Shown here: piece after piece, positions 13,301 to 25,830 of the stretch
How positions within the stretch are numbered: the first letter of the stretch is position 1
Layout: each line of letters opens with the position of its first letter
NCBI GenBank assembly: GCA_965112735.1
Contig: OZ218952.1
Location: 3,906,001 to 3,970,000 of the forward strand
Reading direction: 5' to 3'
DNA: 64,000 nt
From: Phaeosaccion multiseriatum
Lineage: Eukaryota > Protista > Ochrophyta, other classes
Notes under the pieces: model-generated
What the model was told of the DNA's origin: nothing
Databases searched by the model: none
What the model saw: only the letters and a program-made list of their open reading frames with translations
Position numbers and translations under genes: made by a program

Positions 13301-13510
13301 CCCTCCTGCCCTCGCAGGGTTGTTGCTGCCGCTGCTGCCGCCGCTGCTGCTGCTGGTGAGGGGAAACAAGTCTTTCCACGAGGCCTGCTTCGAGGCCTGG
13401 TGCTTCTTCTTCTGCCCCGAGGCTGTGGACAGAGAAGGGCCTTGTCCTCTCTTCTCCCCGGAGGCCTTGTTGGGAGGGGGGGGCTGCTCCTGCTCCTTTG
13501 TGGGGTCCAT
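3601..13510 (-). CDS. Mosaic ~1092-aa hypothetical protein; exons 13510-11113, 10904-10740, 5711-5547, 4673-4515, 3992-3601
   Basis: An ~800-codon first exon ends at a GTGAG donor (11112). Three paralogous phase 1-1 exons (165, 165, 159 nt) follow, each with a CCGAAAG acceptor and GTGAG donor. The last exon, after TTTCAG, is in frame with ORF 3601-3948. Total length 3279 nt is divisible by 3. Confidence 0.7.
4140..5800. repeat. Tandem ~1.03-kb direct duplication carrying the duplicated exons, plus a third partial copy (~4910-5135)
   Basis: TCGCACGCACTTTAAACACA... at 4141 and 5171, and near-identical translated segments in the ORF track (4152-4475 vs 5121-5507). Confidence 0.9.
5800..10720. 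repeat. Compound (CA/GT)n higher-order satellite with an internal inversion (CA-rich 5800-6445, GT-rich 6445-10507, CA-rich again)
   Basis: Recurrent modules (GAGAGCAAAGCAAAGAGTGGGGGG, GTGGTGGGTGTCGAGTGCAC, GTCAGTGTGTATG) are interleaved with (GT)n, and their reverse complements occur in the flanks. Confidence 0.95.
12712..13340 (-). repeat. Coding tandem repeat, 276 bp (92 aa) x ~2.3
   Basis: CTGCTGATGTCGAAT recurs at a 276-bp period (CGAAT at 12721, 12997, 13273). The peptide [11 protein letters not shown]...[15 protein letters not shown]...GGRGGT is repeated. Confidence 0.95.
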
Positions 13511-13670
13511 GGACGTCCCCTCCTGCTCAAGGTGTGTGTGAAAAAAAAGAGGCAAGGGTTGGTGGTGATACTAAAGAAAAAAAGGACACCCCCCCCTCCC
13601 CTCCTTCCTCCCTTCCCTCACTCCCGCCACCCGAGCACATCGCATCTCCTACTACTGCCCTCCGCCCTCA

Positions 13671-13671
<1 letters not shown>

Positions 13672-13743
<72 letters not shown>
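13672..13743. repeat. (CTG)24 microsatellite
   Basis: Read directly from the sequence. Confidence 0.95.
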
Positions 13744-14884
13744 ATGTTGCTACTACTGGCACCGCTGCCGGCACCGCTGCTGGCGCCACCCGCGCAGGCG
13801 TCTACACCCCGACTCCTTCCCGCGGGGGGGGCGAGGCGTGGTCCCTTATCCTTGGTTGGCTGGTTGCAGAAGGAGAGAGAGGCCATTGGCGGCGCAGGAG
13901 GTGAGGCAGAGGAGGTACAGGTGAGTTGACCATCACCGCAAAAGCAGCAGAGGGGAAGAGTGACAGCTTTTTGCCCCTTACCGTTCTCTTGGGGGGCACT
14001 CTTCCGCTGCTGCTCTGACTCACGCTGTAGCAGCCGACAGCAGCTGGCGGGAACGCCTCGCTTCTTTCTCTGGGGGGGGGGGGGCAGGTGATAGCAGGAG
14101 GAAGAAAAAGAGGAGAATGGGGTTACACACATGGTGGCTTGTGACTTCGGGGAGTGGGCCACTGCACTGCATGCTGTTTCACACATGATACCTGCTTCGG
14201 CGGCCCATTGCTCCTACTGTATGCCTATCCTCTTCTCCTCCTCTCTTCTTCCCCCCTTTCTCCTTAAATTCTTCTTTTCTTCTTCTTGTGGTACTCTCTT
14301 TTCAGGGCGGAGAAGGCACGCGCTGCCGAAGACCTCCCCCCCCCCCCCCCGCCCCGGCTGCTTCATTCAGCGACAATCCTGCCCTCCGCCCGCCTCCTCG
14401 GTCAGGCCTCGAGTGCTGTCTTGCGGAGGGAGGGACAGAAGGGGCTTGCTTCCGCAAAAAACTCACCTCTGCGGGACGAGCCTGCTGACGTCCCTCTCTC
14501 TCCACCAAGAAGGCCCACACCTCTGGGGGTGCTGCTGGTCACGTAAGGGGCCGGCTGCCGGTGAGACGAAAAGAAAGACCCGGTAACTTGTGGCGGATTG
14601 CGAATTTGGTGGGAATTTCTCAAAAAAAGCCCCCCATGAATTTTTGGCCAAATTTTTTTGCGCCAAAAATGACGGCGTTTCAACGGCTCACCCCCCTCCT
14701 TTTTTTCCCCACTGCTCCTTTCGTCCACTCCGCAACAAAGCCTCGCCTATTTCGCATGCTGTACCATGCCTACGCCTCGTCGTCCTGCTGGTCTAATTGC
14801 CCCCTCTCCCTCCTCCTTTCCTCCCCCTGTACTACTACGCATACTCGTCCTGCATTGGGCACGGGATACCCCGCCACCCGCATG

Positions 14885-15047
14885 TCGGCTCCAGGCGAGG
14901 TTTCTCGGGCCCCCGATAAAGCAGAAGCCCGCGGCGGCCTGCGGCCGAAAGTAAGAAGCCTGCGGCTGGCCTGCGGCCAGAAGCCCGAAGCCTGGAGGGG
15001 GCTACGGCCCAGAAGCCTAAAGCCCGAGAAACCTCGCCTGGAGCCGA
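14885..15047. mobile_element. MITE, 163 bp, perfect 26-bp TIRs, 6-bp TSD CGCATG
   Basis: TCGGCTCCAGGCGAGGTTTCTCGGGC (14885-14910) is the exact reverse complement of 15022-15047. CGCATG flanks both sides (14879-14884 and 15048-15053). Confidence 0.85.
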
Positions 15048-15833
15048 CGCATGGTGCGGCCAAGGAGGAGGCAGAAAAGGTATCGGGAGACGCCGTCGAG
15101 GACCACAAAATAACCGGTAGGTCCCTGTACTACTTGATTCGAGACACCGCGGAGTGGGAGAAGGAGCCTGAGACGATAGAGGCGCTCGGTAGTGAGGTTG
15201 TGGTGCGCATTGGGAGGACCTGGTGGAAAAGCCGTCTAGTGCCATCCACACCCCCCAAACCTTGATCAACTTGTTCTGTGTGGTGCGGAGAGCGGAGCCG
15301 CCGCGGGAGGGAGTCGCTTCATCGAGCAGCAGCAGGAGCAGCAGCAGCAGCAAGAGGAGGAGGAGGAGGAGGAGGAGGAGGAGGAGGAGGAGACAGATGC
15401 AGCAGCTGTTGCTGCTACAGCAACGGTTGGTGATACAGCACCAGTAGAAGCAAAGGGACGCGGGGGGCGCTGCCGCTCGGTGGCCGCCTTCGGAGCGCCG
15501 GGTGACGTTCACCCCTCTCGTTGCGCTGCGCACGCCTCGGGTTTAATGGTGCAAGTGAGGGGTGAGGCGGACGGGCTCTTCTGCATCCACGCCAACTGTG
15601 AAGCCCGTCCGCTCTGTGTTTAGTACCATGTAGAGAGCTTTATGAGGGGAGCAGCAAAACGCTGCTCCTCTTTCTCTCTCTCTCTCTCTCTTAGCAAAAC
15701 GGATACTTCTATCCGAAGTTAATAGATAGGCCAAGGCGGGTGAATGCAGTAAGGCCCGGCCCGGCCCCACCCTCTTGCTTGCGTAATTCTTTGTTTGATT
15801 CCTATAAACCAATAAATTTCCCCTCAGTTTCTC

Positions 15834-18800
15834 TCAGTGCGTGTAGAGGTCCGACACATCGCTGGTGATGTGCATTTCGCCTTCACCGCCGCCTTCAGCC
15901 TGCTTGAGTGTGTGCACGAACTGCTCGGGGATGGGCAGTTCCTTGATGGTGGGCTCACCGTCCTCGTCCTGTCCGGCCACACAAGCACACACACGCACAC
16001 ACACACACACACACACACATGGACGAGCAGAGTAAGCAAGCAAGTCAAACATTGCCAACAGAAAGCATCTCCATGAATGTGCCGCAAGCCCACACGCAAG
16101 CAAAACCGCCCCTCGCGGTGTGGTGGGTCGATAACATAGCTAGACGGCATCAAAACAAATGCGCGTACCTTGGCCGGGAAGTTGATGTTCATCTCGCTGC
16201 TCTTGGAAGTGGTGAAGGTCACGTCCATGCCCTTCTCGGAAACCGTGATGAGCACGCCGTCGCTCTTGTCGATGGCAACGGACGGGACAGAGCCCGTAAT
16301 TTCGATCTGAAAACAACGCAAGAGAGGCGGAGGAAAGACGACGACAACAAGAACAAAGCAAGGACGGGCGTCAAAGGGCGAAGAAAGACAGTCATCTCCT
16401 AGGGTGGCCTCAGCCATACTACACCAGGCATACTACACCGGCAGAGCAACAAGCACAACTCTCTCTCTCCCTTTCTTTCGCTCCAGTGTACCACCAATCA
16501 CAGCCCTCGTCCTCCCTCCAGTTCCATCAAGCACAAGCACTCGCTGGCAGGCAGTACCAACCTTGATGCGCTGGCAGTTGACGGTTTCGACGCTGCTGAG
16601 GGCGTCGTCCAAGATGACCTTGGTCTTCTTGCAGTTGTCCACCACCACGCCCTTGCACTTGCCCGTGATGGTGATGGTGGCGTTGATGCAGCCGTAGATG
16701 TACACCTTTGTGTGTGTGTGTGCGTGCGTGTGTGTGGGGGGGGGGGGGTGGGTGTGTGTGTGTCAAGGTGTGTGGGCGTGTGGGTGTGTGCGAGTGTATG
16801 TGCGTGCGATACATAGGGATAGCGGGGGTGGTGGTGAGGGTCTGCGTATGTATGCGTGCATGTGCTTGTTGGATGCGCAAAGAGAGAGGCGACGGCAGAG
16901 GGGAGAAGCTTCCATGCAGAAAGACGCAGAGGGGGGGGGCGGGGGGCTCTGCCTGCAGAGACATGCAAGCTTGGGTAAACACACGTCCGAGACACCCCAA
17001 TCACGACTCCCAAGAACGAATGGACCCGAACGCTCCAATGAACGTCCGTCCATCTCCGGGCGTGTGAAGTCAGTGAGTCTCCCCTCGCCCCGCCCTCCTG
17101 CACACACTCCCGTCCTGTACCTGGTGTTTGATGTCAGTGACGTCGACGGTGATGGCAGAGCTCTGATTCTCCACTTCCCACTTGTTGCCTGCCCTCTTAA
17201 ATTCGCACTTCTCGACGGGGGGGGAAAGGAGAGGAGGGAAAGGAAGAGCAGCACCAGCGCCAACAGCATCAGTAGCGATAAGGACAGACGATGATGGGCA
17301 AAGCCGAGGCGGCGGTGGTGTGGTTAGCAAAAGGGCCGCGGGCCAAAGAGGCGGTACGGTATACAAGGCAGGTCAGACTCAACACTTGAGCACAACGCTT
17401 TCTTTCGGCACTTGCTTTTCCTTCGTTCTGTGCGTGTGTGTGTGTGTGTCAAACAAGAGCGAATAGAGCTGCTCCCGCGCACGCACGCACCCACGCACCT
17501 TGGGCGGCCCCTTGACCTGATCTCTGCTGTTCACTTTGGGGGCCGTGGGCGGTGCGGGTGCCACCGGGGCAGCAGCTTCATCTCCTCCCGCGTACTCCTT
17601 CCTCCATGTCTGCTGCTCCTTGGTGACTTTCTTGAGGCCGGAGGTGACTTGCAGCCCCTTGCTCAGCTCTCCAAACACATTGGCCAGCCCCCCCCCGCCT
17701 CCCCCTGCTGCAGCCTTGACAGGAGCAGCAGCAGCAGGAGTAGGAGGAGCAGGAGGAGCGGCATCAGAAGCACCAGCAGGAGCAGCAGCCCCTCCTCCCC
17801 CCCCAGCAGAGTAAGAGGCAACGTCGCCACCCCGGGGGTTCCAAGTGATGCCGGTCTTGTGCTGCGTCTCCACATACTCCTTGAGGCCCTTGAGTAGCCC
17901 TTTGAAGGCGTCCACGAAGGACACCTGCTCCGGCGACGTCTGCGGGTTGGCGGGTTGGTTGACAGTTGGCAGCAGCATTATGATGGAGCAGTAGCAATAG
18001 CAGTAGAGGCAGAAGCAGTAAAAGTAGCACGGACAGTTCAGTGAGTTGAAGGAGGAGGCAGCAGGAAATGGGACAAGACGGGGGGGAGGTCGGCGCGTCG
18101 GGGCTTTGAAGTAGGGCAAGGAGAGCGCACGCCGAAAGGGGCAGAGGTTTGGCAAGTTTCCGTCCGATGGGCCTGCTCCGTGCCCTGTGGAGGCACACAA
18201 AAGCAAGCCTCCCAAAACACTTATATAATGTTCCCCTTCTCCTTCCCATGCTTCACACACACGAACCAAGCAGAGCTGGCCAACCCGAGTAAGTCCATCA
18301 GCCCCCTCGGCCAAACGAACGAACCGAACCTGCTTGTACTGCACCCTCAGCTTGTTGGAGTGGTAGTCGCTGCCCCCGATGGCGCTGTCAACGATGTCGG
18401 CAGGGAGGGTAGGAGGCGACATCAGCACCCAGCTGAGGCAGCTCAGGCCTTCGCTGACCATGTTGGCGTGCAGGGCCCAGTCGTCCCGCGACTTGGCGTT
18501 GGAAGCCTCGCCCATGCACTCCTTTAAGGGGCCGATCTTGCCCTGTGTAGTGGAGGGAGGAAGGGAGGGAGGGAGGGAGGGACTCCAAATGAATAGGAGC
18601 ATGACTTGGGGGGTTGACCATCCGGTGTTGCTATGTCTAACCATGAACAGGCGTCTCCGTGCAATCCTTGACACTGCTCAACTTTTCACCAACTTTTGTC
18701 TGCTCTTCTCTCTTTGACTCCCACCCTCTCTGTCGTTCCCCCCTTCTTTCCATCTTCCGTCTCCCTCCCTCTCTCCTCCTCGCATGCGCTATCGCTCTCT

Positions 18801-19429
18801 CTCCCCCTCCCTCGCTTCTCACTACACCCATCTCTCGCCCTCCTCCAGCTTCCCTTCCCTCCCTCTGGCTCTATCCCTCCTTCCCTCTCTCTCTCCTTCC
18901 CTCCCACACTCTTTCTCTACACCTCTCTCTCTCCCTCCCCCCTCCCCTCCATCCCTCCTTCTTCTCTCTCTCCCGCCTTCCTGCATCCGTCCGTCCGTCA
19001 CTCCCGCTCTTCCCCCCTCCTCTCCCTCCTTCACCTCGCCCGCCTCCCTGCCTCCGTCCGTCCGTCACTCCCGCTCTCTCCCTCCGCCTCTCTCCCCCAC
19101 GCATCACTCACCATCATCACCTCCTGCGAAGGCTTTTTGCACTCTGAGGCCATCACCAGGAAGTCCCTTTGCGCCTGCCACGCCTTACTCACGATTGCTG
19201 ACAGCTCCTGCGCCTTCCCCCCCAGCCTCCCTGCCGCCTCTGTGAAGGGCTCGAGCTGCATGCTGACGTGGTCGTCAAACGTTTGGACAAAGGGGGCAAC
19301 ACTTGCTGCGGGAGAGGCCGATCCACCTCCTGCCATTGCTACTCCTCCCCCCGGAGCAATTCCCAGAGAGCCCTCAACGGCCTTAAGCCGCGCCTCGAAT
19401 CCATCCATCAGCTGCTGCATCTGAGACAT
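15834..19429 (-). CDS. CAP1: Adenylyl cyclase-associated protein (CAP/Srv2), ~491 aa; exons 19429-19112, 18542-18330, 17939-17499, 17207-17121, 16705-16562, 16306-16169, 15968-15834
   Basis: N-terminal 'RLxxxE' helix, HFD (SEGLSCLSWV; HKTGITWNP), WH2 (GLKKVTKEQ), CARP beta-helix (VYIYGC..GKCKGVVVDNCKK..SSVETVNC) and ELPIPEQFVH. All introns are GT-AG and phase-consistent. Confidence 0.95.
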
Positions 19430-19780
19430 GCTTCCACTAAGGACGGGGGGCAAGAGAAAGAGGGGGCGAAAGGGAGCCGCAGGGACGGGCAATAAGAGGA
19501 GGGTGTTGGACACAGGAAAGAGAGGGGGGAACGTAAGAAGAGAGAAGATGAGAAAAGAAGTATATCAGTACATGTGTTCAATCCAATTCTTCTTTCCTTC
19601 CATTCGGCTCACCTTTTTCTTCCCCTCCCTCACTCACTCGCCTCACTCACGCACCCGGTACCCGCCCTCACGTATTAAATGGAAAACAGATCAGGAGATC
19701 TGGAGGAAGGAGGATGGAGTAAGGCAGTGAAATTTGAAATTTCCTTCCCCTTTCTTCCCTTTCTTCCACACACCTCCCAA

Positions 19781-19830
19781 ATGGAGGATGAAGACTTGGG
19801 TGTGGGTGGGTTTGGAGCAGAAGTAGTAGT

Positions 19831-19862
<32 letters not shown>

Positions 19863-20546
19863 GAGGAGGAGGAGGAGGAGGACACGAAGAAGAAGAAGAA
19901 GAAACACCGACGCCTACCTTTCACGTTGCCTTGATCAAGAGGCTCTTGATGAAGAGGTGGGAAGAGAAGGGAAGCCGCTCTTCTTCCTCCAGGTCAATGC
20001 GAGCAGGCGTAGTAGGTGAGGAACACCCTGCAGCAAGAGCGGACAGAAAGCTTTCTTCCCTCCTCCCCCCACCTCACTCGCTCGCTTCTGAAATATGGTG
20101 CCTATGTAGAGGGGAGCGACGCAGCCAAAGCCAAGCCCGTGAAGATCTCCGAAGACGCGCTTCATCTCGTTGGCGAGCTGCTGAGAAATATTGTCTTAGG
20201 TAGGTGAGGAGTTCGTTGTCAGCGTGGACTAGCACAGCAAGGAGCTTACTTTTGGGAGGGAGGGGGGGGGGGGAAGAGAAAATGAGAGAGATGGAAGGAG
20301 TGAAGTACACGGTCAGGGGCTTGCTCGGCTTTAAGACACGAGTGCACACTTCAAGGCCGTTGTCTACCCTTGCATGACCTCGCAAAGACTTGCTGCCTGC
20401 CCTCCCCGGTGTAACTGTCCTGTCAACAGAGGCTCAAAGGCGGGCTCAGGAGCAGGCCTTGCTGGATGGCGATGACATGGTGAGCTAGAGGAGAAGAAAG
20501 GAATTTATGTTTACGCGCTTTCCCCGAGGGTTTGGGGCTGGTCGGG

Positions 20547-20621
<75 letters not shown>

Positions 20622-20937
20622 TCGATATCGCTTTGTGCTCGAAATCGCTTTTGCTATGTGCTTCTTGCCGGCTGAGCAGTGCTTCTCCCGCGTGTGCACA
20701 CATGTTTGGTCGTGCACTTGTCCCTCTCCTCGGCGTGGCTCTTGACACAGTCCTTCCTAGGGTTTTTCTCTCTCTCCATTCGGGCTTCTCTGCTGCTGCC
20801 GCTGCTCTTCTGCGGCGCCTCCCTTGCGAATTCGGAAATTGTAAGCACCCCCCCCCTCCGCATCTCCTCCTCCTCCTGCACAGGTGGAGCCGCACCACAT
20901 TGAGAAAGTCATGGTCTCCTTGATGATGGACTTTTGA
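19781..20937 (+). CDS. CENPX: Centromere protein X / MHF2 (histone fold), ~142 aa; exons 19781-20015, 20110-20199, 20430-20479, 20884-20937
   Basis: KISEDALHLVGELLRNIVLEAQRRAQEQA...VEPHHIEKVMVSLMMDF* matches the CENP-X pattern, including the C-terminal 'EKxxxxLxxDF'. Splice phases are consistent. Confidence 0.88.
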
Positions 20938-20985
20938 TTGATTTGATGGTGAGGGGGGTCGTGAGGCGATCATAGCGGCGGCAAC

Positions 20986-21307
<322 letters not shown>

Positions 21308-22217
21308 CGACGACGACGACAACGAAAGCTCCCGCGTGGTGCGTCTTGAATCGCCCCAGAATAACTTTGGCGGGCACCGGAATCGGCTGGACGGAGGCGA
21401 TGCGCAGGCGTGCAGTACCTTCGCTCCACCTGTTGCGGCACTTCCGGCACCTGGCATCTCTCCGTCCGTATATAGTGCGTGTCAGCCCTCCGTGCCATTC
21501 TGCCGCACGGGAGTAGGCGCGTTTCGTTGTCATCAGGCGCCGCAGCCACGGCACTATCGGCAACTTACTATCCCATCGGTGGGACCGCACTCACGCACTC
21601 ACGCCTGAAGAGGCCGCGTGTGCGTATTGGGCCAACCAAGCAGCTCTCAAAGCACACCGAGGCTCACGTTGGGGGGGGGGGGGGGGGGGCAGAAGAGAGG
21701 TCGTCCCCCTCCGCCCATCCCTCCCCAAGTGGACCGACACCGACCGTCACCCTCGAGAGGCTGTGCCAGCGGTGACTTTATGAAGGCCCACAAGAGGGGG
21801 ATACGCTCGCCCGCGGTGGTGACACGCCACAATCGGGAACGAGGAGGGGGAGAGACCATCGCTCGTGGCTGGGCCTTGGGGGCGGCATAAGACGCTTTAT
21901 TCTGTTGTAAACCAACCACATTGATCGAGCTGCCTACAGGGCCGACATCAATCTCTTGAACACAATCAATTAGAGCAGAGGCGAGGAGGAGGGCCGCCGT
22001 CTTTGCTCCGTACGATGACGGCACGCGTGGTGGTGGCAGGAAGGATGAGAGCTTCAACCAGGGCAGGGTATTGTGGTTGGGGGCTTTCATCTAAGCCCTT
22101 TCGTCCCACACAGAAAGTAGGCACTTAAAAAACATTTTCACCCCTATCTCCTCCTCTACAATAGTTACTATTTTTATTTATTTTGTAATAAATAATAAAT
22201 ACATGGTACTTCCTTCG

Positions 22218-22531
22218 CTACAGAGCGGATCTGTCCATCTCCAGCAGCAAGTTGCACAGAGCCACGTGCGAGCTCTGCGCCAGCCCCCCCCACTTGATGA
22301 AGTCTGCCCTTGCCCCCACTGCCAGGTGGCCCAGGAAGGCGTGCTGGTTGTTGCCTTGTGTCTCGTCCCCACACACTATCACCTCCCAGCCTGCGTCCTG
22401 CGCGAAGCGACACAGCGACAAAGCCTGCGCAACCCCACAAGTGCATGAGGGTGTGACGGACGCAGACAACAGTATGTAGGGGTTTGTGTGGTTGTGTTTT
22501 GTCAAAGGAGCAGTATGTACGCACGCACGCG

Positions 22532-22562
<31 letters not shown>

Positions 22563-22593
22563 ACACACGCACAGACAAACACATACACGCACG

Positions 22594-22645
<52 letters not shown>

Positions 22646-25579
22646 GGCAGCCATTGACGGTGTAAAGAGCATCAGATTGAAAGATGGGGCGTACTATAGG
22701 GAGGAGGGATCGGAGGGAGAAGCGTAGGGGGGAGGGGGCATCAGCCGGGGCTGCAAGCACGCTCGGCGCAGGAACTCGGCAAGCAGCAAGGACGTCAAGG
22801 AGCGAGGGATACCAAGAACCGAAGCGAGTTGACAAAGCCGGGCGGCAAAGAGGCCGAACCCTCGAGGTTATGTGTCGAAGCTCTCTAGGCAACCAACCTT
22901 TGTGACGGTTCCTGCTTTATTCAGGGTGAGGACCAGGGAGCCTGCTATCCGCTGCTCGCTCGCCCGCGTAACATCCTCCGCTGAGACAGTCGCATGGAAT
23001 GGAGAAGTGGAGGTGTGGGGGTTGGTTGGGGTGGAAGGACGGGGAGCGAGAGGATGCGGAAGGAGAGTAGGGAAGACAATGCTATGAGTACTGCAAGAAT
23101 GCGCCTCCCCCTCTCAAGTCTTGGGGTCTCTTTTGAGAGCAGCGGCAGCGCACAGCACCTCGAGCGCAACAGCAGCGCACACAAACTTCATGCAGTGGGA
23201 GCGAGTGCCGTCCCTGCACCTCACCCGCACAGTCAGCCAGCCAGCCAAGGCGGACGCACAGAGAGACAGGGGAAACACCGACAAGAGAGAGCCCCTTCTC
23301 ACCCCCCCACCATGAGGACTGCTTTTCTCGCCTCTCACCTGACTCCGCAAACTCGTCTGCCACGATTCGGACCTTCTCCACGGGTGGCACAAGGACTGCC
23401 AAAGCGTCTTCTCCGGCTCCCCCTCCTACTCCTCCTGCTCCTCCTGCTCCTCCTGCTCCTCCTCCTCCCTTTTCTCCTCCTCCTCCTCCGCCCTGTGGCG
23501 ATCCCTCGACTGCGTGGCGCTTCTCCACCTCCGCCTCGTACTCGGCTCTGCGCTCCCCGAGCCCTTCTACTGCCTTCTCTCCGAGCCTGCACAGAACATC
23601 CTTGTCGCCGAGAGCGAGGGGGTCGATGATCATGGAGATGGGGAAATTGCTCATCCACCCAAGGTACATGTCCTTGAGATCTACGGCAGACTTGATCACG
23701 GGGGCGGATGCTGCTGCCGCTGCCGCTGCCGCCGCTGCTGCTTCCTTCGCCGCCCCTCCCTTACCGCCTTTGCCTGACGGAGCTGGCGGTGCGGCTGCAA
23801 CCTCCGATCCATCCTTCTCGGCTATGGAGGCGTCGAACTTGGACAGTCGGTACTGTGTTTGAAGCTCGCCTGTAACGTCGTTCGAGACCTGGAAAGGGGG
23901 TGGTGGAGGGGGGTGAGGCCGGGGGCTGGTTGAGCAAGTGCAGGCGAGAAGTGTAGCACCATGACAAGAAAGGCAGGCTCGAGTGTGCTGATAACGTCTG
24001 TGCTGTGCGTAGGTGTAGGTGTATGTGTGCGTGAAACAGCTCTCCTCACTACGATTGCGAGGCATCATAATTCAAACAATGCCACACATAATCGGCTTTC
24101 TCTCTGTCTGTTGCAACATACACACACGAACGTACACACGAACACGCGTACACACCTTCTCATACAGATCCCCCGCGTGCACGTCAAGGGCGAGCTCCAT
24201 GGAGTTGGCGGCCCCTGTTTGCTTCATTGCCTCTACCACGCACTTGACAGCGTCCTCAAAAGCCTCCGTGCCGGCACCGGCACAGCCCCCCACTGCCAGC
24301 CCGCCGCGGGTCCCTACATTCACGTGTTTCAAGCCGGCCTCACCGCGCAAGACACTCGGGAGTCTCCTCACCACTGCTGCGGTCGCACGTACACTCTCTG
24401 CCGTGGAGATGGGGGTGGAGGCCGAGGAGGAGCCGCCCATGTGTGCTTGCTGCTTGGGCACGAGCAGGAGCTCGGCGGGGAAGAAGGCGGAGGTTCCTTG
24501 GGCGGTCGGACCCCCGTTTAGGATCGAGGTCATGACTGCGGGAACTTTGGTGTCTTGGCCCTCGTAGCCAGCGAGCTTGGCGATGTGGGCGGCGAGGGTG
24601 CAGTCGTTGTGCTTCGCTCCTGCTCTGCAGCACGCCATTGACGCGGCCAGCACGGCGTTGGCCGCGGCATGCTCCGCTCCCAAGGCCTGCACCCCCCCGC
24701 ACACACACACAGGGACGAAGGAAGTAATGTGGCGCAACAGAGAGCGCAGCAGCCAATGGTCAGTGTGTGGAAGGCTTTCATGGAGGGGGGAGAGCCACTC
24801 CCCAAGTGATGCAGGGGTGCAGGGGTTTAGTCATCGTAAAATCCGCGCACTGTCCGGCAGTGCCGGCACCAGCTCACGCGCGCACGTACCGTATCAATGG
24901 CTGCCTGTGCACGGGGGTCTAAGCCCACGAGCTTCTCCGCCAAGACGGTCCGTACAGCTTCCACCGCCTTTGACACCCCGCACCCCTCGTACAACGCCTC
25001 GTCGCCGTCGTATGGCCCGATACTGGTCACAGCTGCGCGTGGGTGGGTGTCAAAGAGGAATGGTGGGGGGGGGGGGGAGGGGGGTGAGTGTATTTCCAGA
25101 GGAGACGCAGAGAACATAAGTAGGGGGTTTGCAAGCAAAGCAAGGGCCAGGGCGGGGATCAGAGGAGCCTAATCTCCCAACAAGTAGACAAGGGAAAGAA
25201 AGAGTTGGGACGAATGATGAGAGCGCGATCGACCGCGTGCGCCAAAGAAGTGAGGCCCTTTACTACCTTGCTCGTTGCTGTGCTGCATACCTTTGAAGGA
25301 CCCTAATGCCGTCACTACTTCGACCTCCAGTGCCGGCAGAGCCTGCGTGTTCAGGATCTGCCGCGCAAAGACGCTCTGAATCTCATTCACAGACGGAGAT
25401 CGAAAACGGAGAATGGATGAGAGCTGGTTCAAGGGATCTGCGGGCCGAACGACCACCACCTCGTTGACCGCCTCGTTGAGTATCCGAGACAGCGCATGGG
25501 CCTCCAAGTAAGCCGTCACTTCTCTCCGCTCTGCGTCCTCCGCCTCCTGCACAACCCCGTCTTTCTTCGGTGCAGACAT
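22218..25579 (-). CDS. Enolase-4-like pseudo-enolase with an N-terminal RIIa/Dpy-30-like docking domain, ~600 aa; exons 25579-25291, 25032-24890, 24686-24156, 23888-23339, 22980-22898, 22424-22218
   Basis: Enolase motifs [47 protein letters not shown] and LNKAGTVT. The N-terminal YLEAH-L--IL-EAVNE-VV-RP-DPL is RIIa/Dpy-30-like. Catalytic motifs are degenerate. Confidence 0.85.
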
Positions 25580-25830
25580 GTAGCCAGCTCCTTGCCGAGC
25601 GACTTTCCGTCCCCTCCCACTCTCCCCCTCTCTTTGCTGTCCTCTTTTTCTCTTTTTGGGGATTATCTTTTTGTTTTGGCGGCGATGCGTTACTGTACTG
25701 ACCAGTTTTAGTTTCAGGTCACCTATCATTCCCAAGGGGGATTGATCCTTGCCGCTCACTCTTGCTCGGTCCTTGCTCTCTGCCCTACGAATCTCCCACT
25801 CTCTCCCATTCGCCGAAACACGTCACGACC

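Noticed and set aside
13668-14186. Upstream poly-Ser exon for the mosaic gene
   Set aside because: A donor exists at 13671, but the only phase-compatible frame has stops. It is more likely 5'UTR.
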